A program made the position numbers and the translations under genes. The notes below the pieces were generated by a model. The model ran no database searches and had not been told where the DNA came from. It was given only the letters and a program-made list of their open reading frames with translations. A stretch of DNA of 64,000 nucleotides from Pseudomonadota bacterium (lineage in GTDB: Bacteria; Pseudomonadota; Alphaproteobacteria; Caulobacterales; Parvularculaceae): assembly GCA_039192395.1 (NCBI GenBank), contig JBCCXE010000008.1, positions 8,689-72,688 on the forward strand, in the 5' to 3' direction. This document shows, piece after piece, positions 45,144 through 53,812 of the stretch (the stretch's first letter is position 1; each line of letters opens with the position of its first letter).

Positions 45144-46766
45144 GTCTTTCGCGCCCGGCAATGCGTAGTCTTTAAACTGTTCGCGCAGCTTCGTTTTCAA
45201 AACCTTGCCGGTCGCGCCGAGCGGGATCGCATCAACGAACTCAACCGCATCCGGCCAGGCGATCTTATCGAGCTTGTCTTTCAAAAACTCCTTAATATCG
45301 TCCGCTGTCGGATTATGACCCGCGCGCTTGGCGATCACCAGGAGCGGGCGCTCCTGCCATTTCGGATGGAAAACACCGATAACGCCGGCTTGCGACACGC
45401 CTTCGTGGAGCATGGCGGCGTTTTCGATTTCGATGGACGAGACCCACTCGCCGCCGGTTTTGATAACGTCTTTTGAGCGGTCAGTGATGCTCATGAAGCC
45501 GTCGCCGTCGATGACCGCGACATCGCCCGTGTCGAACCAGCCGTCTACCGTGAGCGGCGGCTTTTCCGACTTGAAGTAATCTTTGACGACCCAGGGGCCG
45601 CGCACCTGAAGATGACCTTCGGTTTGGCCGTCATGGGGCGCGATCTGTCCGCCATCGGTGACGATCCGCATGTCAACAAAGGGCAGCGCCCGGCCGGCCT
45701 TCAACTGGTGCGGGATGCGCTCATCGAGCGAAAGATCCAGAAGATGCGGCGGCAGGCTGTTCACCGTCCCGACCGGCGACATCTCCGTCATGCCCCAGCC
45801 CTGTTGCAGGTCCACCTCGTATTCAGCGAACCCGCGGATAAGCGCCTCCGACATCGCCGACCCGCCGCAAAGCGCGCGCCGCAGATGCGGCAGCTCTTTG
45901 CCCGACGCTTTCAGATAATCCAGAACGCCGAGCCACACGGTCGGCACACCGACCGCAAATGTCACTTTTTCAGACTCAAGAAGTTCATAAAGCCCCTCGC
46001 CGTCGAGACGCGGGCCCGGGAACACCTGTTTCATGCCGACCATGAGACTGGAATAGGGGGTGTTCCAAGCATTGACGTGGAACATCGGTACGATCGGCAA
46101 AAGGGTGTCGCCCTCAACGACGGCCAACGCGCCTGGCAATACCGTCGCGAAAGACTGCAACACAATCGCGCGGTGCGAATAAACAACGCCCTTGGGATTG
46201 CCCGTCGTACCGGACGTGTAACACATGGCGACGGCGGTGTTCTCATCGAACTCGGGCCAATCGAACGCATCGCTTTCGGCGCCGATCAGGTCTTCGTAGA
46301 TTTCAGCGCCCTCGCCGGCCGCTTCCTTATGGTCGGCGTCTGTCAGCGCGACAAACGTTTTCACCGATTTCAGGTTCGGTTTCATGGCCGCAACAAGCGG
46401 CATGAAGGTCGTGTCGTAAAAGAGAAATGCATCCTCGGCGTGATTGATCACATAGGTCGCGTTTTCAACGCCGAGCCTCGGGTTGATGGTGTGCAACACC
46501 GCGCCGATGCCGCCCACCGCGTAATACATCTCGAACTGGCGATGCGTGTTCCAGCCGATGACACCGACGCGATCGCCGGGCTTCACGCCCATTTTGACAA
46601 GCGCATTCGCCAGCTGGCGGATCCGCGCGGCAGCGCCGACAAGCGTGTAACGATGGATAGGCCCTTCAACAGTGCGGGTGACGATTTCGGTGTTCGGGAA
46701 ATTGCGCTCCGCATGTTTGAGGATTTCGGTCGTTTGCAGCGGCCGGTCCATCATCAAGCCTTGCAT
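45141..46766 (-). CDS. Fatty-acid--CoA ligase (AlkK/DmdB-like AMP-dependent synthetase)
   Basis: YTSGTTGNPKG, PMFHVNAW, WGMTEMSP, TGDVA, DRSKDVIKTGGEW. Confidence 0.92.
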   Translation of the reverse strand: MQGLMMDRPLQTTEILKHAERNFPNTEIVTRTVEGPIHRYTLVGAAARIRQLANALVKMGVKPGDRVGVIGWNTHRQFEMYYAVGGIGAVLHTINPRLGVENATYVINHAEDAFLFYDTTFMPLVAAMKPNLKSVKTFVALTDADHKEAAGEGAEIYEDLIGAESDAFDWPEFDENTAVAMCYTSGTTGNPKGVVYSHRAIVLQSFATVLPGALAVVEGDTLLPIVPMFHVNAWNTPYSSLMVGMKQVFPGPRLDGEGLYELLESEKVTFAVGVPTVWLGVLDYLKASGKELPHLRRALCGGSAMSEALIRGFAEYEVDLQQGWGMTEMSPVGTVNSLPPHLLDLSLDERIPHQLKAGRALPFVDMRIVTDGGQIAPHDGQTEGHLQVRGPWVVKDYFKSEKPPLTVDGWFDTGDVAVIDGDGFMSITDRSKDVIKTGGEWVSSIEIENAAMLHEGVSQAGVIGVFHPKWQERPLLVIAKRAGHNPTADDIKEFLKDKLDKIAWPDAVEFVDAIPLGATGKVLKTKLREQFKDYALPGAKD

Positions 46767-46897
46767 CGGCAGTCTCCCTTAAATCGTTAGATATGGTTGA
46801 TTTTTCTACGCTGAGTTCAGCGCATCAAACAGGGTCCGATGCAGCGCGTCAATTATTCTTGGCGGTTGATTGCAGTTGGCGTCCGCGCCTTTCGCCC

Positions 46898-48160
46898 TCA
46901 CCCCCGCGAACGGGCGACTTCCTCGCCCAAAATGGCCTGCGCGCGCGCGGCGTCCGGGAAATCTTCCCCCAGCCAGCGCTCTTCGACGGCGCGCAGGATC
47001 GCCGCCACCGCCGGGCCGGCGGCGACGCCGGCGGCGAGTATGTCCCTGCCGGAAACCGGCAGCGCGGGTGGGCGCCAGCCCTCAAAAACCGCATCGATGG
47101 AGGCGCGCTCGCCGGCGTCGATGACTGACCGCGCCGCCGCGAGCAAGGCGCCGTCACGCGCGCCCTCAATCCCGTGGCGATATCCGAGGACACGGATCTG
47201 CAATGGCGAAAGCTCGCCGTGCACCTTTTCAGCGCCGATGCGCTCCGCCGCTGCGTTCGCAGCGCTGGCGCGCGCCTTGTCAGCGTTGGAAAGACGCAGA
47301 CGCCGGGCGAGGCCCGCATCCTTTTCGCCGCCGATGACGCCGTAAAGCCCGGCGAGCGCAATAACCCCCGGCGCCGATGGCGCCATCTCTTTTATGCGCT
47401 GCAAAACCGCAATGTCGCCGCCCGGCCAGATCTCATCCAGGACGCCTGCCCGCGCCATCTCCTCCGCTGCGTCGCTCGCGCGGGCAAGCGCGAGTATCTG
47501 CAAAAACTCCGCCCCGACCCGCTCCGCAGACAATCCCGCAACGCCTGCGCGCTCGTCATGGCAGGCCGCAAGGCCGTCGCTATCGAACGACGCCGCAATG
47601 CGCGCGGAAAACCGGAAGAACCGCAGGATTCTAAGATAGTCTTCGCGGATGCGCTCGCGCGGATCGCCAATGAACCGGACACGCCCCGCAGCGGCGTCAG
47701 CGACGCCGCCTACGGGATCGAACAGAAAACCATCCGGGCCGAGATAAATTGCGTTGAGGCGGAAATCGCGCCGCCGCGCATCTTCCGCCCAGTCGTCGGT
47801 GAAGGCGACCGTCGCGCGGCGCCCGTCCGTGGAAACGTCGCGGCGCAAGGTCGTCACTTCAACGCCCGTCCCGTCGGCGATCGCAGTGACGGTGCCATGC
47901 GCGAGGCCGGTGGGCGCCGAGCGCAGGTCCGCCGCGTCAAGGGCGGCGACAACGCGTTCTGGCGTCAGCGGCGTTGCGATATCGAAGTCTTTGGGGGGAA
48001 CGCCAAGCAGGCTGTCGCGCACGCAACCGCCGACGAACCGCGCGGCCCCGGGCGCCGCCTTCTCAAGCGCAGCGACAACCTTTTTTAGAGCGGACCGGTC
48101 AAGCCAGGTGAAGTGCTGACGCTGTTCGTCTGACAAAGGCGTCAAAGGGCCCGCGCTCAC
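46898..48160 (-). CDS. cca: CCA tRNA nucleotidyltransferase
   Basis: VGGCVRD, DFDIAT, EVTTLR, RRDF..NA, EDYLRILRFFRF. Confidence 0.9.
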   Translation of the reverse strand: MSAGPLTPLSDEQRQHFTWLDRSALKKVVAALEKAAPGAARFVGGCVRDSLLGVPPKDFDIATPLTPERVVAALDAADLRSAPTGLAHGTVTAIADGTGVEVTTLRRDVSTDGRRATVAFTDDWAEDARRRDFRLNAIYLGPDGFLFDPVGGVADAAAGRVRFIGDPRERIREDYLRILRFFRFSARIAASFDSDGLAACHDERAGVAGLSAERVGAEFLQILALARASDAAEEMARAGVLDEIWPGGDIAVLQRIKEMAPSAPGVIALAGLYGVIGGEKDAGLARRLRLSNADKARASAANAAAERIGAEKVHGELSPLQIRVLGYRHGIEGARDGALLAAARSVIDAGERASIDAVFEGWRPPALPVSGRDILAAGVAAGPAVAAILRAVEERWLGEDFPDAARAQAILGEEVARSRG

Positions 48161-48840
48161 GACGACCGTCCGTCCTTTCGCTCGGTTTCCTGAATGGTCT
48201 CGGCCAGCGTTCGCAAAATGCCGGCCGTCAGCCCCCAGATGTGAAACCGCCCGAAGGGCGCCGCAAACATGTTATACTTAACGCCCTTATGCTCGCGTTC
48301 TTCTGTGATGTGATTATTTAGGTCGGCGAAAAAAGACAGAGGCGCTTCAAAGGCTTCGGCGACTTCCCGGGGACAGGGCCTGATCGGCGCATCGGGCGAG
48401 ACGGCGCCGATTACGGGCGTGACGGAATACCCGAGACCGCCCTGGTGAACGCCCAGCGACCCGATGACATGAACGGCCGATGGCGGGATGCCGACTTCTT
48501 CGTGAGTTTCGCGAAGCGCGGTCGCGACAAGGTCTTCGTCTTCGGGCTGCACCCGCCCGCCCGGGAAACTGATCTGACCGGCGTGAGATGGCATATCCGC
48601 CGAGCGCACCGTCAACAGCACCGTCACGCCTTCCGGACGCGCGATCAGCGGCACCAGCACGGCGGCGTCGCGGCGAATGTCGCTCCAGCGGCTTTCAAAC
48701 AGTTTATCGCCGACGAGATGCGGATTGATCTCGCGGAAAATCTCGCGGATGCGTTGTGCGGACGTATTGGCGAGATTGGACTTGATGCGCGCCGTCCAGT
48801 CGATTTCACCATCGATTAACAAAGCCGGCGCCTTCATCAT
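48157..48840 (-). CDS. Nudix CoA pyrophosphatase (NudL/PCD1 type)
   Basis: AAVLV, HAGQISFPGG, ALRETHEEVG, IWGLTA. Confidence 0.92.
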   Translation of the reverse strand: MMKAPALLIDGEIDWTARIKSNLANTSAQRIREIFREINPHLVGDKLFESRWSDIRRDAAVLVPLIARPEGVTVLLTVRSADMPSHAGQISFPGGRVQPEDEDLVATALRETHEEVGIPPSAVHVIGSLGVHQGGLGYSVTPVIGAVSPDAPIRPCPREVAEAFEAPLSFFADLNNHITEEREHKGVKYNMFAAPFGRFHIWGLTAGILRTLAETIQETERKDGRSS

Positions 48841-48905
48841 CTCACTTCCGGGGTTTTAAAACGCGTCTTTGGGCGGTCCGCAGCATCCCGTTTTCACCCC
48901 TAAAG

Positions 48906-49490
48906 TCACCCATCGGATGCGCCCATGAGGTTCGCCTGCGCGGTCATCGGGAAAAAGACGCCGCCCGACCAGACGCCGAACTGATCCTCGCCTTCTAGAT
49001 GGTGGGTTTCGCCAAGAGCGACAAGGTCATAAAAAACCGCCCGGGCGACGAGCGCTTCGAGGCCGCTGCGCACCTCGAAATAGGGTTTGCCTTCGCCGGT
49101 CTCTTCGTTGATTTCAAATCTGAGGGCGTGGTCCGCCCCGACCGTCACTTCCTCGCCGACATTGGTGGTGAAAGTAAGCTCCTGCGCACGGCCCTCGCCC
49201 TTCGCGCTCATGAGCACGGCCAGGAAAGGCGCGTCCTCGACCTCAATGCCGAGCTTTTCGACCGGCGTTACAAGGAAATAGTCGTCGCCTTCGCGTTTCA
49301 GAACAGTAGAGAACAGTTGCACCAACGGCGCGCGACCGATGGGCGTGCCTTCATAGAACCAGACGCCGTCGCTCTTGATGACAAGATCGATATCGCCGCA
49401 GAATTCGGGGTTCCACTTGTCCACCGGCGCCGGGCCGCGCGCGCCGGCGCCGTCAAGCGCCGCCGCATATCGCATCAGGTCTTTCATCAA
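48906..49490 (-). CDS. DUF1285-family protein
   Basis: PVDKWNPEFCGDID, DGVWFYEGTPIGR, LVTPVEK, VEDAPF. Confidence 0.88.
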   Translation of the reverse strand: MMKDLMRYAAALDGAGARGPAPVDKWNPEFCGDIDLVIKSDGVWFYEGTPIGRAPLVQLFSTVLKREGDDYFLVTPVEKLGIEVEDAPFLAVLMSAKGEGRAQELTFTTNVGEEVTVGADHALRFEINEETGEGKPYFEVRSGLEALVARAVFYDLVALGETHHLEGEDQFGVWSGGVFFPMTAQANLMGASDG

Positions 49491-49585
49491 TAAAAAACCG
49501 GCCGCCCATTAAGTCCCTCGCCATCATGACGGGGAACCGAAAGCGCAGCCGGTCCCATGTTTAAGCCGCTCGCGGTGAGCGGGTT

Positions 49586-51484
49586 TTATTCACACGCCAG
49601 ACAGCGCGCATAAACGGCGTTCGGATCGTTGAACTGCTCGAAGAAGCGCGCTTTTTCATCGGCGATGGCCATAAGCTTGCCGACCACGCCGGCGCGCGCT
49701 TTTGCGCGGCCTTCGAAACCAGTCACTTTCGCGGCGGCCATGGCCATGGTGCCGAAAAAACGCTCGAAGGGCGTGCGCCGTTCAACCATTTCGACGACGT
49801 CATATGTCTCAAGGCCGGCGCGCTCGGCCGCGGCCGCGACCGCCTGATCGAAACCGCCGAGCTGATCGACAAGGCGAAGCTCTTTTGCGCGCTCGCCGAT
49901 CCATACGCGGCCCTGACCGACAGAGTCGACATACTCCTTATCGAGGCTGCGCCCCTCGCCGACAACGGTCAGGAAGCGGTCATAGCCATACTCCACCGAC
50001 TGCTGGATAATGTCGGAGGCTGCATCGGGCAACGGCCCGATGGGCGTTGCAAAAATCCCTGCAAGGTCAGTCGTGCCGACGCCGTCGGTGTAGACGCCGA
50101 TCTCGGCCGCGGAGTTCTCGAACGTCTGGAAGAAGCCGAAAATCCCGATGGAGCCGGTGATGGTTGTCGGCGCAGCCCAGATTTCGTCCGCAGGCGCAGC
50201 GATCCAGTAACCGCCGGACGCCGCAAGCGAGCCCATGGACGCAACGACCGGCTTGCCGGCTTTTTTGATGGCGAGAATTTCGTCGCGAATAATATCGGAT
50301 GCGAAGGCCGATCCGCCGGGGCTGTCGACCCGCAGAACCACCGCCTTCACGTCATCGTCCTTGCGCGCTTTTTTCAATAGCGCCGCGACTGTGTCGCCGC
50401 CCGCGGCCTGACCGATGGGCGCCTCGCCGTCGACAATGGCGCCCGCAGCCGTGATGACCGCGACGTTCGGCGCAGAGCCGTCCTTGTTCTGATCAAGGCT
50501 CGTCAGATAGCGGCGATAGGAAACGTTTTTGAAAACGTCCTCATTGTCGCGCGCCGCGCCAAATTTTTCGGTGAGATATTTGTTCTGCTCGGCGCGGGAC
50601 TTCAATTCGTCCACCAGGCCAAAATCGAGCGCGGCATGAGCGAAGCTGCCGTCAGCTTCGCGCAGGATGCTGCTGAAATCGTTCGCGTAACGAGAGATCG
50701 CACCCTGATCGAGACCGCGCGCCTTTTCCACAGACGCCATATATTCACGCCACAGAACGCTGAGATACGCGCGATTGGCTTCTTTGGCTTCCGGCGACAT
50801 GTCATCGCGGATAAAGGGTTCAATCGCCGATTTGAACGTCCCCACACGGAAGACATGGCTTGTGATTTTCAGTTTCTCAAACAGCGATTTGAAGAAAATA
50901 TTGTAGCGGCCATAACCGAACACGAGAACATTGCCGTAATCGTTCATGAAGATTTTGTCGGCGTTCGCGGCGATGATGTACTGTTCCTGGCTGTAGAAAT
51001 CGCCGACCGCGACAACTTCCTTGCCGCTCTCTTTGAACTTCGAGATTTCATCTGCGATGTAGTGGGCTTTCGAAGCGCTCGACGACGGGATTTGCAGATT
51101 GCCGAGATCGAGAACGAGGCCCTTGATGCGCTTGTCGTCCTTCGCTTCACGGATCACCTGTACGATGTCGTGCACTTCGATCTGTCCGGGCTGATCGATG
51201 CCATAGGCCTCTTCGATGATCAGTTGGAAAGGATCGACGTCCTCGGCGATCTCCACGAGAACGCCGTTCGGGTCGATCACAAGCGCGGAGTCATTCGGCA
51301 CTGACACGCTGACGGTTTCATCGCCCCCGGCGACGCCGTTTGACACGCTCACCAGAACCGCCACAAACATCAGCATGACCGCGAGGCCGATCAGCCCCTG
51401 CACCAAAAGGAGGATGCCGATCATCAACTTGCCGAAGCCTTTGATAAAACCCCAGACAGTCATATTGGAATCTTCTGCGGACAC
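49586..51484 (-). CDS. sppA: Signal peptide peptidase SppA (67-kDa type, S49)
   Basis: VGTFKSA (Lys), LRVDSPGGS, AASGGY (Ser), TGSIG, GRVWIG; two-domain size. Confidence 0.93.
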   Translation of the reverse strand: MSAEDSNMTVWGFIKGFGKLMIGILLLVQGLIGLAVMLMFVAVLVSVSNGVAGGDETVSVSVPNDSALVIDPNGVLVEIAEDVDPFQLIIEEAYGIDQPGQIEVHDIVQVIREAKDDKRIKGLVLDLGNLQIPSSSASKAHYIADEISKFKESGKEVVAVGDFYSQEQYIIAANADKIFMNDYGNVLVFGYGRYNIFFKSLFEKLKITSHVFRVGTFKSAIEPFIRDDMSPEAKEANRAYLSVLWREYMASVEKARGLDQGAISRYANDFSSILREADGSFAHAALDFGLVDELKSRAEQNKYLTEKFGAARDNEDVFKNVSYRRYLTSLDQNKDGSAPNVAVITAAGAIVDGEAPIGQAAGGDTVAALLKKARKDDDVKAVVLRVDSPGGSAFASDIIRDEILAIKKAGKPVVASMGSLAASGGYWIAAPADEIWAAPTTITGSIGIFGFFQTFENSAAEIGVYTDGVGTTDLAGIFATPIGPLPDAASDIIQQSVEYGYDRFLTVVGEGRSLDKEYVDSVGQGRVWIGERAKELRLVDQLGGFDQAVAAAAERAGLETYDVVEMVERRTPFERFFGTMAMAAAKVTGFEGRAKARAGVVGKLMAIADEKARFFEQFNDPNAVYARCLACE

Positions 51485-51804
51485 TGAAATCGCCCCTTCT
51501 TTCTACTTGCCGCACCCTGCAGGCGCACTCAGCGCCAACCGGCTGCAACGACAAAACAAATTACCCTGATCGGGATGTCGCCCAAATCCCCGACCGGCGC
51601 CGCTTCGTTAACCACATTCCTGTTACACGGCCTCAAAGGCGACACCAAGGCATGGTAGAGAAATTGGACCAAGACCCGCAAGGGGCAAGAGATTTGCGAT
51701 GGCCTGAGCAAAATTCTCGCCCACCGGTTCTTTAACCGCCGCTTGGCCATGCTATTTGAAACTTGTGTCCTAGAAGACGCTCATAGAGATCCCAGAAAGC
51801 GCTT

Positions 51805-52809
51805 ATGTCTCAAACCGATACCGCCGCTGACGCCGACAATGATCTTATCCGCGAATTTGATGAAATTTCCGGAAAATTCTCCGCCGCCCGGGAAAATCTC
51901 GCAAAAGTGGTGTTCGGTCAGGCGGAAGTGATCGACCTGACGCTGGCGACCCTGGCGGCGGGCGGCCACGGGCTTCTCGTCGGGGCGCCGGGCCTTGCGA
52001 AAACGCTGCTCGTGACCTCCATCGCGGACCTCCTCGGGCTCTCGGCCAAGCGCGTGCAGTTTACGCCGGACCTGATGCCGGGCGACGTCCTCGGCTCAGA
52101 AGTTCTCGAAGAAACGCCGACCGGCAAGCGGGAATTCCGCTTCATCCCCGGGCCGGTGTTCTGCCAGCTCCTCATGGCCGACGAGATCAATCGCGCCTCG
52201 CCGCGAACCCAGTCGGCCCTCCTGCAGGCGATGCAGGAGCGCCATGTGACCGTCGCTGGCGACCGTCATGACCTGCCGGCGCCGTTTCACGTGCTTGCGA
52301 CCCAGAACCCCATTGAGCAAGAGGGCACCTACCCTCTGCCCGAAGCGCAGCTCGACCGGTTCCTCTTGCAGATCGATGTCGGCTATCCGGACATTCAGTC
52401 GGAACGCGCAATGCTGGGCGCGACGACCGGCGACACGGCCTCCGCGGTGGAGCCCGTCATGACCGGCGACGATCTCATCCGCGCGCAACACCTCGTGCGG
52501 CGCATGCCCATCGGCGAAAACATTGTCGACATGATCCTGAAGCTTGTGCGTTCCGCGCGGGTTGAGGACGGCGCCTCGGAGCGCGTCAAGGCGCTCGTCG
52601 CCTGGGGTCCCGGCCCCCGCGCCAGCCAGGCGTTTTCGCTCGCAGCACGAGCGATTGCACTGATCGACGGGCGTCACGCGCCCTCGCCGGATGATGTGAA
52701 ACGCCTTGCGAAACCTGTTTTGCGCCACCGCATGGCGCTCAACTTCGCAGCGCGGTCGGAAGGGCTCGATACGGATCAATTCGTTGACGAACTGGTGGAC
52801 GCGCTTTGA
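51805..52809 (+). CDS. MoxR-family AAA+ ATPase
   Basis: GAPGLAKT, RVQFTPDLMP, ADEINRASPRTQSALL, TQNPIEQEGTYPLPEAQLDRF. Confidence 0.96.
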   Translation: MSQTDTAADADNDLIREFDEISGKFSAARENLAKVVFGQAEVIDLTLATLAAGGHGLLVGAPGLAKTLLVTSIADLLGLSAKRVQFTPDLMPGDVLGSEVLEETPTGKREFRFIPGPVFCQLLMADEINRASPRTQSALLQAMQERHVTVAGDRHDLPAPFHVLATQNPIEQEGTYPLPEAQLDRFLLQIDVGYPDIQSERAMLGATTGDTASAVEPVMTGDDLIRAQHLVRRMPIGENIVDMILKLVRSARVEDGASERVKALVAWGPGPRASQAFSLAARAIALIDGRHAPSPDDVKRLAKPVLRHRMALNFAARSEGLDTDQFVDELVDAL

Positions 52810-52872
52810 CGCCTCGCGTCGGCGCCACGCCATCAGTAATGGTCCGCTAACAGAAAGGTCGCGCAGCCCCGC

Positions 52873-53811
52873 ATGTCTGCTTCGCCTGACAATCGACATC
52901 AACGAACGCAAGCAAACGCAGCGCGATACGCCGATGCGGTGCGCCACGACGCGGAGGACGCCGCCGCCTACTTCCCGGCGCTTCTGGTCGAGGCAGAACA
53001 CATCGCGCAAACCGTCGCCGCAGGCCTTCACGGGCGCCGCCGCGCCGGGCCGGGCGAGACCTTCTGGCAGCACCGACCCTATGGCTTCGGCGATCCGGTG
53101 GGCGCCATCGACTGGCGCCAGTCTGCGCGGGCGCCGGACCGGCTTTATGTGCGCCAGAACGAGTGGGAGGCCGCCGCCGCTGTCTATCTCTGGCGCGATC
53201 CGTCCCGTTCCCTGGACTACGCATCGCGCGCGGGCACGCCGACAAAACGGCGCCGCGCCGACACGCTCGCGGTTGCCCTTTCCATGCTGCTCGCGCAGGC
53301 CGGCGAGCGCATCGGCCTTCTCGGCGAAGAACGGCGCCCCTTCCATGGCCGCACCGCGCCGGAGCGTCTCCTTGAAGCGCTGCATGTGGAACGTTTCGAC
53401 GATCAGGCAGGCGCGCCGCCGCCGGCCCATCCGCCGGCGGGCGCCCGCATTGTTCTGTTCAGCGATTTTTTCATGGACGAAAGCGCAATCTCCATGGCCG
53501 TTTCCAGCCTCGCTGGCGCCGGCGCCACGGGCGTTCTCGTTCAGCTTACGGACGAAGCAGAAGAAACTTTCCCGTTCCGGGGACGCACGGCGTTTGAAAA
53601 TATGGAGGGCCCCGGCCGGCTGATCTTCGGTGATGCGCACGCCATCGCAGAAGCCTATCGCACCAAGTTCGCCGCTCACCGCGACATGCTGCGCGCACTC
53701 GCATCGCGCACGGGCTGGTCGCTCATCACACACCGAACTGACAAGCCCGCGCAAACCGCGCTCCTTTCCCTCTATACCGCGCTCGGCGACGCGCGGGTCT
53801 GGGCGCGCTGA
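52873..53811 (+). CDS. DUF58 protein
   Basis: GLHGRRRAGPGETFWQ, IDWRQSAR, DPSRS, SDF. Confidence 0.9.
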   Translation: MSASPDNRHQRTQANAARYADAVRHDAEDAAAYFPALLVEAEHIAQTVAAGLHGRRRAGPGETFWQHRPYGFGDPVGAIDWRQSARAPDRLYVRQNEWEAAAAVYLWRDPSRSLDYASRAGTPTKRRRADTLAVALSMLLAQAGERIGLLGEERRPFHGRTAPERLLEALHVERFDDQAGAPPPAHPPAGARIVLFSDFFMDESAISMAVSSLAGAGATGVLVQLTDEAEETFPFRGRTAFENMEGPGRLIFGDAHAIAEAYRTKFAAHRDMLRALASRTGWSLITHRTDKPAQTALLSLYTALGDARVWAR

Positions 53812-53812
53812 C

